Source: a virus
Taxonomy: Duplodnaviria; Caudoviricetes
IMG/VR virus record: IMGVR_UViG_3300033067_001588
Span: 1 to 49,215 of that record
Direction: 5' to 3' (one strand)
Length of the DNA: 49,215 bases
Shown: in pieces, positions 1-8,905 of the stretch
Layout of the letters: each line of letters begins with the position of its first letter
Position numbering within the stretch: position 1 is the first letter of the stretch
Notes under the pieces: generated by a model
The model's input: only the letters and a program-made list of their open reading frames with translations
Told to the model about the DNA's origin: nothing
The model's database searches: none
Translations under genes and position numbers: made by a program

Positions 1-72
1 CCTCGGACCGCACAAGCTGACGTTTGCGGCGATTGTCGGCGAGTTCGGCACAGTGGTTTCAAGGATGGGCGT

Positions 73-564
73 GTGACCACTTTCGACTTCCGGCGGCAGC
101 TTGCCGACTCCAACGGTCATGTGCTGCGCGTGGTGCGCTGGCTGCAATCCAAGCCGGACACGTTCTATGCGGCAGATGTACAGGATGACCCGGCGTACTT
201 CTATCGTGGTGACATCCTGTATGTGCCGACCAGTGCGGTGCAGCACATCGAGATGAAGATTGAAACCCGCGCCAGCAGCGACACACCGAACTTGGCGATT
301 GAACGCTACTCGGACGAGTCACGCTCGAAGATGGGTGGGCCATGGAGCACCCGCGCCGAGTGGTACGCGCATCTGTATGCCGACGGATTGATGGTCATGA
401 TGCGCCGGGCAACGCTGGTGCAATGGCTGACGCCGAATTTGGCGATGTTTCCGAGCTTCAGCGCACGCAACACCACATGGATGACGACCGGCTTGCTGGT
501 GCCGCGCACGATGGCACAACACGCGCTGGTCGATGGATACCGAGAGTTCAGGATAAGCCCATGA
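73..564 (+). CDS. PD-(D/E)xK-like nuclease-fold protein
   Basis: GDILY...HIEMK spacing resembles the PD-(D/E)xK motif; early-region context. Confidence 0.45.
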   Translation: MTTFDFRRQLADSNGHVLRVVRWLQSKPDTFYAADVQDDPAYFYRGDILYVPTSAVQHIEMKIETRASSDTPNLAIERYSDESRSKMGGPWSTRAEWYAHLYADGLMVMMRRATLVQWLTPNLAMFPSFSARNTTWMTTGLLVPRTMAQHALVDGYREFRISP

Positions 565-734
565 AAGCACAACCGACCAATCCCTACATGCACACGCATG
601 TGCCACTACCGAGTAATCCGGCAGAACTGACCATCGAGCACCTGCGGACAGCGTTCGCCGGTGATTGGAACGCGCTGAAGGAGGTGAAAAAGGTCGCACG
701 CGAAATAGTTTCAAACGCTTCTAAGAAATCTTAA
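561..734 (+). CDS. hypothetical protein
   Basis: ATG at 561 overlaps the upstream stop (ATGA coupling); in frame with the 342..734 ORF. Confidence 0.55.
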   Translation: MKAQPTNPYMHTHVPLPSNPAELTIEHLRTAFAGDWNALKEVKKVAREIVSNASKKS

Positions 735-756
735 TCGCCATAAGGAGTTTTGAAGA

Positions 757-1158
757 ATGAATCATGTTTGGGTAGCCGCCGTAAGCCTGTTAAACGAAAT
801 GGAAGGACTGCTAAAGGTCATTTTGGAGGACACAGCCGCCAAAGATTTGACGCCACGCCAAGTGCATGTGCTGGCTGAACTGTACCGCGAAGATGGGCAG
901 AACGCGAAGAACTTGGCGATTGCCGTGGCACTGCCGCCCACATCCGCCACTGTGATGCTGGACAACCTGATTATTGCCGGAATGGTCGAGCGTAGAGCCA
1001 ACAAAGACGACCGGCGAGCGGTGGTCATCAGCCTGACAGCCAAAGGCGAGGCGCTGCGCCAGCCGATTACCGACGCACTGGAAGAACTATCCGACTGGTT
1101 TGATGAAGTCGATTGGACGCCAAGACTGGCTGTGAGCCGTGAAACAGCCAACGTCTGA
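757..1158 (+). CDS. MarR-family winged-helix transcriptional regulator
   Basis: LTPRQVHVLAEL...LDNLIIAGMVERRANKDDRRAVVISLTAKG is a classic MarR signature; AAGGAG RBS. Confidence 0.9.
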   Translation: MNHVWVAAVSLLNEMEGLLKVILEDTAAKDLTPRQVHVLAELYREDGQNAKNLAIAVALPPTSATVMLDNLIIAGMVERRANKDDRRAVVISLTAKGEALRQPITDALEELSDWFDEVDWTPRLAVSRETANV

Positions 1159-1336
1159 GCGGGTGATTCTCCGTCACCCGACCCAGAAGCTGGAAGTGGT
1201 TGTGCCTCACGGAAGGTTGGCGCAGCTGCTGATTAATTTAGGTTACCGCGTGGTTGAGCCTGAGCCGCTCGACCACACACCACTATCAACCGATTTAGAA
1301 AGGACTGATGACAATGAAGACAACGATAATCACTAA
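1139..1336 (+). CDS. hypothetical protein
   Basis: Fills the gap between co-oriented genes. Confidence 0.45.
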   Translation: MKQPTSERVILRHPTQKLEVVVPHGRLAQLLINLGYRVVEPEPLDHTPLSTDLERTDDNEDNDNH

Positions 1337-2105
1337 ATACCCGCAATGGCAAAACGGTCTGCGTGAGTCACAAGCCAAGTATAGCACTCCGACATGGGGG
1401 CGCAAAGACGTCACGCCGGAACAATTGGCCGAAGAGAACCGTAACGGTATCGCCGGAAAAGACTTGCGATTTGTCCTCGAAAACATCATGGGAATACCCG
1501 TAGGGATGCGCGTCATCGCCACTAATTGGTACGCGGTCGATGGCTATTGGTTCAGCATCAAGGCTGAGGCCGATGGCAACGAAGACAAGCAACCGTTGTT
1601 TACCAGCACATCAACATTGAAGAACGGTCACCATCTAGACAAACGCAATGCATCCGTGAGCTTCACGCTATACGTCGGCAAGGTCAATCCAGACCCGGCA
1701 TTTTACGGCTGGCCGGGGCGCAAGGTGATTGTCGAGCGCAACTACAAGCTGCATATGTCTAATCCGCATTTCGTGCGTAACAAACTGGCTGAAGCGATTG
1801 ATGCACTGGATGCAGAGTATCAAGCCGTGCTGCCACGGTATCAGGCGTGGAAGCTGCTGGAAGACAGCACACCGGCTGAACTGCAAGACTTTATCCTCCA
1901 AACGATGCGGCAGGCAGTCAAACGCATGTCAGCGCTGGAAATTCTGCCCACACGCATTCCAACGGCTGACGAGGCCGACGACATGGCCGCGATTGACGGC
2001 ATGTTGCCCAAGCCATCACCCACCACGCCAGACGATGACGAGGATGAAGACCTCGAAGACACCCAAGAGTACGACGACGAAGAAGAAGAACCGGCAGCCG
2101 TTTAA
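1308..2105 (+). CDS. hypothetical protein with acidic C-terminal tail
   Basis: Long ORF, AAAGGA RBS, D/E-rich tail. Confidence 0.75.
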   Translation: MTMKTTIITKYPQWQNGLRESQAKYSTPTWGRKDVTPEQLAEENRNGIAGKDLRFVLENIMGIPVGMRVIATNWYAVDGYWFSIKAEADGNEDKQPLFTSTSTLKNGHHLDKRNASVSFTLYVGKVNPDPAFYGWPGRKVIVERNYKLHMSNPHFVRNKLAEAIDALDAEYQAVLPRYQAWKLLEDSTPAELQDFILQTMRQAVKRMSALEILPTRIPTADEADDMAAIDGMLPKPSPTTPDDDEDEDLEDTQEYDDEEEEPAAV

Positions 2106-2163
2106 CACCCTTCATTCGCATCCGGCGGGTGTGTGCCTGCCGGATTACTGAAAGTAGACAGCG

Positions 2164-2913
2164 ATGCGATGGGAAATCATAGACGACAACGACATGAAGC
2201 AACGTTCACTGCTGATGCGGATGTATCACAGCCGACAGGAAGGTGAAGCCTTCTACCATTCCAACTTTGTGCACAGTGAGGCGGAAACCTTGCAACGGTG
2301 GGGATGGATTGAACCGTTTGGCGATGGCTGGCGGATGACTCCGCAGGGTGTGAGCGAATGGGCACTGATGAACGCTGAAACGTTTATGCACAGCGAATGG
2401 CATAACCGTGGCGAGATTTTCGACGAATTAAGACAAATTATTGACGAGGTCAACGCGATGAAGTCAGAGACATGCAAAGTGGAAGGATGCGATGAACGCC
2501 GGATGATGAGCAAATCCGGCAAGATGCTGACAATGTGCGAGAAGCATCAACACGATTATTGGCGCGAGAAACAATCAGAACGCGCCGAACGATTGAAGGC
2601 TTTAGAAGAAGCGGCAGGCATACCACCAAAGAAGCGTGGGCCATTACCGAAACAGAAACCGGCACGGCGGCAGATGGATGATACACATGAATTGTTCTTG
2701 GCGACAGTCTCGGCACTGCCTGAGCGTCCCAAGGTGATTGACACCTATGTGCCACCGGAAACCACCAACCATTGGGTGGATGCACCGCTGCCGGATGGAT
2801 ACGCGGAATTATGCGGCGATTGTGTCTATAAGGACGTGATTGAGTTACTGGAGAAGCGTGGCGTGCCGGGTGTGAAGGACATCGTCGCCGGTGTAAAGGC
2901 GCTGCGCAAATGA
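2164..2913 (+). CDS. hypothetical protein with a Cys/His cluster
   Basis: Long ORF coupled to the next gene; CKVEGC...MCEKH motif. Confidence 0.7.
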   Translation: MRWEIIDDNDMKQRSLLMRMYHSRQEGEAFYHSNFVHSEAETLQRWGWIEPFGDGWRMTPQGVSEWALMNAETFMHSEWHNRGEIFDELRQIIDEVNAMKSETCKVEGCDERRMMSKSGKMLTMCEKHQHDYWREKQSERAERLKALEEAAGIPPKKRGPLPKQKPARRQMDDTHELFLATVSALPERPKVIDTYVPPETTNHWVDAPLPDGYAELCGDCVYKDVIELLEKRGVPGVKDIVAGVKALRK

Positions 2914-3752
2914 GCACGATACTCATGAACAGCTTCCAGACGCCAAACCATTATGTGGACACGGCCATGGCGATGCTGACACCGGAAGAATACAAGTGTC
3001 TGTCGTTTGCCACACGCCACATCCTCGGTTGGCAGGACAAGATTAATAAACGGCGCGGATTCATCAGCCTGACGATGTTTGAACGCGGATATGTCAGCAG
3101 CAAGGGCATGGTATTTGGTGGAACCGGCCTGACACGTCCCACTATCATCCGGGCAACCGATGAACTGACACGGCTGCGCTTTCTGCTGAAGATTGGCGAA
3201 CCAACCAATGATGGTCAGGAATGGGAACTCGGTGAAGAGCCGGATTTTGACGCGCTGGAAGCTCGCTACCAATCACGCAAGGATGCGCGGCGCGGTCAAA
3301 CACAGAAGGCACGCGAATCCGCACAAGGTGGTAAAGCTGACATACCACCTGCGGGTGGTTTGTCCAACATACCAGAGGTGGTAAAGCCAACAGACCAGCA
3401 GGAGTCTGTCGCACATACCAGTGGTGATAAAGCTGACATACTGAATCAAATCCATTCCAAAGACACTCTTCAAAGCCAATCAAAGAATACGGAAGCAATT
3501 TCTATTTCTTCCAATGCAAAAGAGTGGGAACTTGCCATGACACAACTGGCAATTCAACTCGACCGCAATACGTTTGGCGCGTGGGTGAAAGGCACAACCT
3601 ATCTGCGCGAGGAAGAAGGCGCGTTTGTTTTGCAAGCGCCTCACAAGAACGCGGCGGTCATGCTTCAGCACACGTTATACCGCGAGGTGAAGCGCGTGCT
3701 GCGCGATGTACGTGGCACGGCGGTCGAACTGCGATTTGAGGTGCAAGCATGA
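2910..3752 (+). CDS. phage replication initiator (lambda O-like N-terminus, C-terminal DnaA N-terminal domain)
   Basis: N-terminal helical region typical of replisome organisers; C-terminal WELAMTQLAIQLDRNTFGAWVKGT...LQAPH resembles DnaA_N; internal iterons. Confidence 0.8.
   Translation: MSTILMNSFQTPNHYVDTAMAMLTPEEYKCLSFATRHILGWQDKINKRRGFISLTMFERGYVSSKGMVFGGTGLTRPTIIRATDELTRLRFLLKIGEPTNDGQEWELGEEPDFDALEARYQSRKDARRGQTQKARESAQGGKADIPPAGGLSNIPEVVKPTDQQESVAHTSGDKADILNQIHSKDTLQSQSKNTEAISISSNAKEWELAMTQLAIQLDRNTFGAWVKGTTYLREEEGAFVLQAPHKNAAVMLQHTLYREVKRVLRDVRGTAVELRFEVQA
3327..3442 (+). repeat. five ~21-bp iterons (consensus GGTGGTAAAGCYRACATACCA), putative replication origin
   Basis: Copies start at 3327, 3354, 3377, ~3401 (degenerate) and 3423, followed by an A-rich tract inside the initiator gene. 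Confidence 0.75.
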
Positions 3753-4036
3753 GACACCGCGAACAACTGCGCACGACTGAATTTGGTGAAGAGAAGTATT
3801 GCCACAAATGCGCCGATTGGTTCCCAAACACGGATGAATTCTTCTTTGTGCAACGTGGGAAGCTGCGCTCGCCATGCAAGGCATGCATCCAAGAGAAACG
3901 CTTCACGCTGAAGGTGTGCTGCGTGGCGGGATGCAACCAACCGCGCAAGATGCTGGCGTGTCGTCCCGGCTCGCGCTGTGTGATGCATGACCGGCAATAT
4001 CGTGCCGATTACCGACTACGAAAGGCGGTGAAATGA
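3749..4036 (+). CDS. Cys-rich putative zinc-binding protein (paralog 1)
   Basis: EKYCHKC..SPCKAC..CCVAGC motifs. Confidence 0.7.
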   Translation: MRHREQLRTTEFGEEKYCHKCADWFPNTDEFFFVQRGKLRSPCKACIQEKRFTLKVCCVAGCNQPRKMLACRPGSRCVMHDRQYRADYRLRKAVK

Positions 4037-4323
4037 TGCCCAGCCGACGCACTAAATACGGTGATGAGAAATATTGCAACATCTGTGAAGACTGGTGGCC
4101 TAAAACGGAAGAATTTTTCTACAAGAAAGAAGGCGTTTTATGCTCACCGTGCAAGGCATGCATTGAGGACCAACGCCGCAAAACAAATGCTGTGACACCC
4201 TGCTGCGTGCCGGGATGCAGTGAGCCGCGCTGCCACTGGCGGTTGAGTCGCTGCCGGAAACATCAGCATGAACTTGATGTCAAGCATCATGCAGCGGCCA
4301 AGCTGAGAAAGGCGGTTAAGTGA
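4033..4323 (+). CDS. Cys-rich putative zinc-binding protein (paralog 2)
   Basis: EKYCNIC..SPCKAC..CCVPGC motifs; same LRKAVK C-terminus as paralog 1. Confidence 0.7.
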   Translation: MMPSRRTKYGDEKYCNICEDWWPKTEEFFYKKEGVLCSPCKACIEDQRRKTNAVTPCCVPGCSEPRCHWRLSRCRKHQHELDVKHHAAAKLRKAVK

Positions 4324-4652
4324 TGCGCACACCACAAGAGATTGCGATGGATTGCATCCAACACGCGATTGATAACGGTCAGACGGTCGAAGGCTTACTG
4401 CACACATGGCAATGCGGGTGTACACCTGACCTCGGCGATGGCTCGGTGTGGATAAACATTGCCGGTGGGCGTGTGTATCCGGACAAAAACAGCACCGAGA
4501 ACATCAAGGTCAAGCCGTATCAGATTGGTGTGTCGATTTACCGTCGGGATGGCAACAACGCCTACGGCATTTTTGATGCGCGGGAATTGTGGCAGGCGAT
4601 TGTCAATCCACCACCAAAGCAATTGAGTCTGTTTGACGAGGTGATGTCATGA
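4320..4652 (+). CDS. hypothetical protein
   Basis: Coupled ORF; ends in QLSLF, a beta-clamp-binding-like motif. Confidence 0.65.
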   Translation: MMRTPQEIAMDCIQHAIDNGQTVEGLLHTWQCGCTPDLGDGSVWINIAGGRVYPDKNSTENIKVKPYQIGVSIYRRDGNNAYGIFDARELWQAIVNPPPKQLSLFDEVMS

Positions 4653-5167
4653 AAGTTGACCCATGGGCGAAAGCGCGTGAAATGTGCGAGCGGCATGGCT
4701 GGGACATCCGCGAGATAGAAGCCGGACTGGAACGATTCCGCACTATCAACGCACCAGCCAAAGCACGCGCACTGGCAGCCATCGCAACGAAGAACGCCAC
4801 GCCAATCGAGCAACCGGCCAAGCTGGCGCACTTCAACAGCGTGAAGAAGTTTTGGAGCGCGAGCCATCAACGTTGGACGGAAAGCGGGTACGTATACATC
4901 GGACGCGCCATGCCGAACCGACACTTCAACCTACCGCAATCACCGTTCGGCAATCCATTCAAGATTGAAGAGGACACCGACGAACTGCGAGAAGATGCGA
5001 TTGAAATGTACGCCGAGTGGATTATCGGCCAGCCGCAACTGTTGGCGCAACTGGAGAACCTGCGCGGGATGACATTGGTGTGTTTTTGTTATCCACGTCG
5101 TTGTCATGGTGATGTGTTGATTCAGCTTCTTCGTGAAAAAACTATTCAGTTGAAGAAAGGAGGTTAG
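4649..5167 (+). CDS. DUF4326-domain protein
   Basis: VYIGR...SPFGNPF...LVCFCYPRRCHGDVL motif. Confidence 0.85.
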   Translation: MKVDPWAKAREMCERHGWDIREIEAGLERFRTINAPAKARALAAIATKNATPIEQPAKLAHFNSVKKFWSASHQRWTESGYVYIGRAMPNRHFNLPQSPFGNPFKIEEDTDELREDAIEMYAEWIIGQPQLLAQLENLRGMTLVCFCYPRRCHGDVLIQLLREKTIQLKKGG

Positions 5168-5789
5168 TATGTCTCATCAAAACAGCTTTGCAAAACTCGA
5201 TAAATTCAGAATAAGTACGTTCCTGTTTGGACGTATTATTCAATCGAGTCGTCCAAACCACGTTTCCTTGTGTGTACCCTTTGTTCGGATCAAGCCGGTC
5301 AAGCGATGCACTTTGCCATTTACTTTTGCCACGTTCCAAACTGATAGCTTCACCAGTGTAATAGCACAAGCCTTTTTGCTCATCCCAAAGCACCTGAAGG
5401 TATTCAGTAGTCAAATCGAATGGAAGGCCAAGCTCAGCACTTTTACTTTTCCATCGTTGCATATTATTCAACAGGAAATGTTTAAGAGTTGGACTTGTAA
5501 ACACACGTCTATCATAGCGATGGTATCGCTCTTTATTAAGTTTGTAATCACATGTGTAGCAAATTGCAATTCTCATTCTGTCTCCATCCTCAAACACAAG
5601 TTTGTCGATGTGATGGCTATGAGTTTTGAATTGGTCATCGCTTTTTATTTCGCCACAGTGAATGCATCTGTAAAAGCCGCGACACGATTTGCAATGATGA
5701 ATGGTGCGATTTCTAATGCTGCGCCTCATTTCAGATTTAGGTTTTTCAATCAAGCATACCTTGCACGTGATTGGTGCGCTGCGTTTCAT
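5142..5789 (-). CDS. HNH-type endonuclease (likely homing endonuclease)
   Basis: CYYTG...SLDRLDPNKGYTQGNVVW..N motif, N-terminal CxxC pairs; AT-rich, inverted relative to neighbours; ATG at 5789 follows an AAGGTGA RBS. Confidence 0.8.
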   Translation of the reverse strand: MKRSAPITCKVCLIEKPKSEMRRSIRNRTIHHCKSCRGFYRCIHCGEIKSDDQFKTHSHHIDKLVFEDGDRMRIAICYTCDYKLNKERYHRYDRRVFTSPTLKHFLLNNMQRWKSKSAELGLPFDLTTEYLQVLWDEQKGLCYYTGEAISLERGKSKWQSASLDRLDPNKGYTQGNVVWTTRLNNTSKQERTYSEFIEFCKAVLMRHTNLLSSTE

Positions 5790-5823
5790 TTGTATCACCT
5801 TCACTGTTTAGATTATTCGTTCT

Positions 5824-5852
5824 ATTTTAACCTAATATGTGTTGGTGTGCAA
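5824..5852 (-). promoter_or_regulatory. sigma70-like promoter of the inverted HNH gene
   Basis: Minus strand TTGCAC-N17-TAAAAT. Confidence 0.55.
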
Positions 5853-5862
5853 ATAAAATGTC

Positions 5863-6096
5863 ATGGCGACATTACAACAATTGAAAGGACGGCGGCTAAT
5901 GCCACGCCGAAATTACAAGGGCAAACGAACGTTGCAAAAGTCCAAGCGAGCGCGGCAGCACAAGAAGGAAGCCATCTGGGCGGGATTACCGGCGTGGGTG
6001 GGACATCCGAGTCATGTGAGTTGGCGACCGAATCGGAATGGCAACCGCGTTTACAAATTTAGGCGGTTCAGACGACCGCGCGGAAAGGATTATTGA
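5863..6096 (+). CDS. small basic hypothetical protein
   Basis: R/K-rich ORF coupled to the next gene; true start may be further downstream. Confidence 0.45.
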   Translation: MATLQQLKGRRLMPRRNYKGKRTLQKSKRARQHKKEAIWAGLPAWVGHPSHVSWRPNRNGNRVYKFRRFRRPRGKDY

Positions 6097-6497
6097 TGGC
6101 AAGCCAAGAAGTGAATGACAAGTGCGTCCAACTGTACAGCAAAATCGTGGCGTACATGATTCAGTTTGGACACGCGCCGACCGTCCGCGATATGCGCAAA
6201 ATGATGGGCATTCGCAGCACATCCACAACTGCCTATTACATCAAGTATCTGGTGAGGTGGGGATGGATTAGCAAAGCGGAAAACAAAGGCCGGACGATTG
6301 TATTGACCCGCGCAACCGAAGCCGGACGGCCACTGGCGGACATCGCGCCGTACTTCAAAGACGTGACCGTGACCGCATCCAAACCACAACCACGGACGAT
6401 GCGGACGCCTATCCGTGAACGACGAATTGAGCAGCCGCCATTGCAACGGCGTGAAGTGCTGCGTGCGCAAATTCAACCGTATAAAGCCAACGACTAA
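6093..6497 (+). CDS. LexA N-terminal DNA-binding-domain protein without peptidase domain
   Basis: GHAPTVRDMRKMMGIRSTSTTAYYIKYLVRWGWI..GRTI matches the LexA wHTH. Confidence 0.8.
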   Translation: MMASQEVNDKCVQLYSKIVAYMIQFGHAPTVRDMRKMMGIRSTSTTAYYIKYLVRWGWISKAENKGRTIVLTRATEAGRPLADIAPYFKDVTVTASKPQPRTMRTPIRERRIEQPPLQRREVLRAQIQPYKAND

Positions 6498-6521
6498 CAG
6501 AATCTATATTATCGGAAGGTA

Positions 6522-6794
6522 ATGAAGATGAGCGAACAATCACAAAGTATAGAGTCTCGTAAAGTTTCATCAGTGGTCAGCGAACGATTGACTGGCGATT
6601 TCGAGAACTATCTCGCTGAGAACATTGATGAGATATTAACGTGCTACCCTGATGGGTTTACGGTTGCGCAAGTCGCTACTGACCTGCTTACGGCAATTAA
6701 AAAGTGGGCAAATGCTGATACAAATCTTGTAGCGTTGACTATTCAGGTTGGAGATTGCGCCGATGAATACCTGAATGAAGATGAAGAGTTTTAG
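6522..6794 (+). CDS. acidic hypothetical protein (AT-rich)
   Basis: ORF with GGAAGG RBS. Confidence 0.6.
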   Translation: MKMSEQSQSIESRKVSSVVSERLTGDFENYLAENIDEILTCYPDGFTVAQVATDLLTAIKKWANADTNLVALTIQVGDCADEYLNEDEEF

Positions 6795-6817
6795 AAGGAA
6801 GCTACTAAGGAACAAAG

Positions 6818-7720
6818 ATGGACTATCAAGAATTCAGAAGCCAATACGAAGTGCAGCATCCGTCATCCGTGCCGGTGCTGCGCTATGAGATGAGCGTGTT
6901 TCCACGATGGGTGCGCTGGGCAGTCATGGCGATGTTTGCATCAGCCGCGATTATATCCGGCGTGCATACTGTGCCGACGGTGTACGCGACTATCGAGGCC
7001 AGCAAGGTTGCGCCGTGGGTGCATCAGGCGGCAGCGCTGGCATCATTCGTAGCGGTTGAACTGGCGATTCTATTGTCAGCCTACTTGCTAAAGCACAATC
7101 CGTGGTTGGGATGGATGCTCTTAATCATCACGTCCGTGGTTGCCAGCATCGCCAATCTGCAATCGTCGCTGTCCGCAATGAACGGCAAGGACGGCTGGAC
7201 ACAGTTGGTGGCCGTGACCGTGGGCATTGCCGCACCGCTGATTGTGCTGGCATCCGGCAAGCTTCTGGTGAATATTTTTAACGGCGAGCGATCCGTGAAT
7301 GGTCGTGCGGAAGAACGCTTCAGAGATGAGTGCCGGACATTCGATGCGGAAGTGCTGAGCGCGTTTGAGAAGTTCAGCAAAAGTAAGAAGGCGTCCGTGA
7401 TGCTGCCCACGATGTCCGCAAGTGTCCAGCCACAATTGCCGTCCGCGTCCGCACAACTGTCCGTTGCGGACACGCGGACACACGGACACGGGCAAGGTTA
7501 CGGACGCACCACGGACGCACGCGAACAAGTGCGGACATATCTGGCTGAGCATCCGGCAGCCATCACCATGAGTTCACGCCAGTTGGCTGATTTGCTGGGC
7601 GTGGGCAAGACGATTGTGGCGGAAGAGTTGAAGGCCGTGCGGCAGACGCAATCCAGCCAGCCGGTGATTGCTCAGGCCGAGGAAGTTATCAAGGCGGTGG
7701 ATGATGCCACCCGCCAATAG
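6818..7720 (+). CDS. 4-TM membrane protein with C-terminal HTH (SpdA/DUF2637-like architecture)
   Basis: Four hydrophobic segments, low-complexity linker, MSSRQLADLLGVGKTIV HTH. Confidence 0.65.
   Translation: MDYQEFRSQYEVQHPSSVPVLRYEMSVFPRWVRWAVMAMFASAAIISGVHTVPTVYATIEASKVAPWVHQAAALASFVAVELAILLSAYLLKHNPWLGWMLLIITSVVASIANLQSSLSAMNGKDGWTQLVAVTVGIAAPLIVLASGKLLVNIFNGERSVNGRAEERFRDECRTFDAEVLSAFEKFSKSKKASVMLPTMSASVQPQLPSASAQLSVADTRTHGHGQGYGRTTDAREQVRTYLAEHPAAITMSSRQLADLLGVGKTIVAEELKAVRQTQSSQPVIAQAEEVIKAVDDATRQ
7393..7536. repeat. inverted array of GTCCG/CGGAC pentamers
   Basis: GTCCG at 7393, 7414, 7441, 7447, 7459; CGGAC at 7467, 7475, 7483, 7501, 7512, 7532. Confidence 0.75.
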
Positions 7721-7946
7721 GAAGTACAGCATAACCTTCGACGATACTGCGGAAGGGCGCGTCCGGTTATTTGTGGACGCAAGGCTTGAACGCGAGGCGC
7801 ACTTCGATACCTACGGACAAGCGCTGAAGATGGTTGATGAACTGCGTGAACAAGGGTGGCAGTCGATGTCACCCAACGTGGACGCGATTGAGAATTTGTT
7901 ACGGACGGCTGAACTGTACGAATACAAAGCGAGAGGAATGGATTGA
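7701..7946 (+). CDS. hypothetical protein
   Basis: ATG at 7701, overlaps both neighbours. Confidence 0.6.
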   Translation: MMPPANRKYSITFDDTAEGRVRLFVDARLEREAHFDTYGQALKMVDELREQGWQSMSPNVDAIENLLRTAELYEYKARGMD

Positions 7947-8875
7947 TGGACAGCACACATGAGATTATCAAGATTGAACGGACAGTCACCAAGAACAGCC
8001 AGTCACCGATGTGGCGCTGCACGACGGCAGATGGTCAGACGGTCAATGTGTTTCAACATGCGAATCCAGAACGTGACACGTTTGACATCATGTACACTGC
8101 CGGATATGGCGAACTGATGGTGATGACCACCGGCGAGGTGAAGCACTGGCGCAATCATCCGATTAAAGCCACGCTGACAAAGGATGGGCAATGGTGGAAG
8201 CTGGCAGCGGTCGAGCCACGCGCGGACAATGCCGAGGCGGACGCGGACTTCGTGCCGGATGTGGAATTGTACAAAGAACGGGCCATTCGCATCGCACGCA
8301 TGCTGACCAATAAGAAGTGGCAGGTGAGTTGGTTGGATACCGAGTCGACCGGCTTGAATGATGATGATGAGTTAGTGGCCGCGAGCGTCATCACGACCAA
8401 GGGTCAAGTGCTCTTCAATGAACTGCTGTGCCCACTGCATCCCGACAAGCTGCTGCGACCGGGCAAGAATGGTCAAACGGCTGCCGATGTGAATGGCATC
8501 ACGCCGGACAAGCTGGCTGATGCGATGCTGGTGGAAGATGGGCTGATTTCATTGGCGACTTTTTTGACGGGGCGCGTGTGGGTGGCGTATAACGCGCCGT
8601 TTGATGTGGGCTTGCTGGAACGCGAATGCCAACGCTACAGCCATCCACTGATTTACAGCTTGGGTGTGCATGATGCCATGCAGATTGTGGCGGAATACAT
8701 CGGCCAGTGGGATCCGAAGTATCGGCAGTTCAAAATGCGCAAGCTGAGTGATGCGGCGTTTATGCTCGGCGTGAATCCTGAACAATCGCATACGGCACAT
8801 TCGGACGCGATGACTACACTGGCGGTGATGCAAGCGGTAGCGGATAGTGCGGCCATCAATCCGTTCTACGCATAG
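7943..8875 (+). CDS. DEDDh 3'-5' exonuclease (DnaQ-like) with an N-terminal extra domain
   Basis: LDTESTG, AYNAPFD and HTAHSDA Exo I-III motifs. Confidence 0.9.
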   Translation: MMDSTHEIIKIERTVTKNSQSPMWRCTTADGQTVNVFQHANPERDTFDIMYTAGYGELMVMTTGEVKHWRNHPIKATLTKDGQWWKLAAVEPRADNAEADADFVPDVELYKERAIRIARMLTNKKWQVSWLDTESTGLNDDDELVAASVITTKGQVLFNELLCPLHPDKLLRPGKNGQTAADVNGITPDKLADAMLVEDGLISLATFLTGRVWVAYNAPFDVGLLERECQRYSHPLIYSLGVHDAMQIVAEYIGQWDPKYRQFKMRKLSDAAFMLGVNPEQSHTAHSDAMTTLAVMQAVADSAAINPFYA

Positions 8876-8905
8876 CAAAATCCGGTTATACTAGAATGAA
8901 TTAGG

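Noticed and set aside
2120-2146. GC-rich hairpin as a terminator
   Set aside because: No U tract on either side; function unsupported.
3327-3442. Short repeats as a mini-CRISPR
   Set aside because: Spacing of only a few bp inside the initiator gene fits iterons.
5169-6062. 297-aa plus-strand ORF
   Set aside because: Antisense shadow of the HNH gene, which has motifs, an RBS and a promoter.
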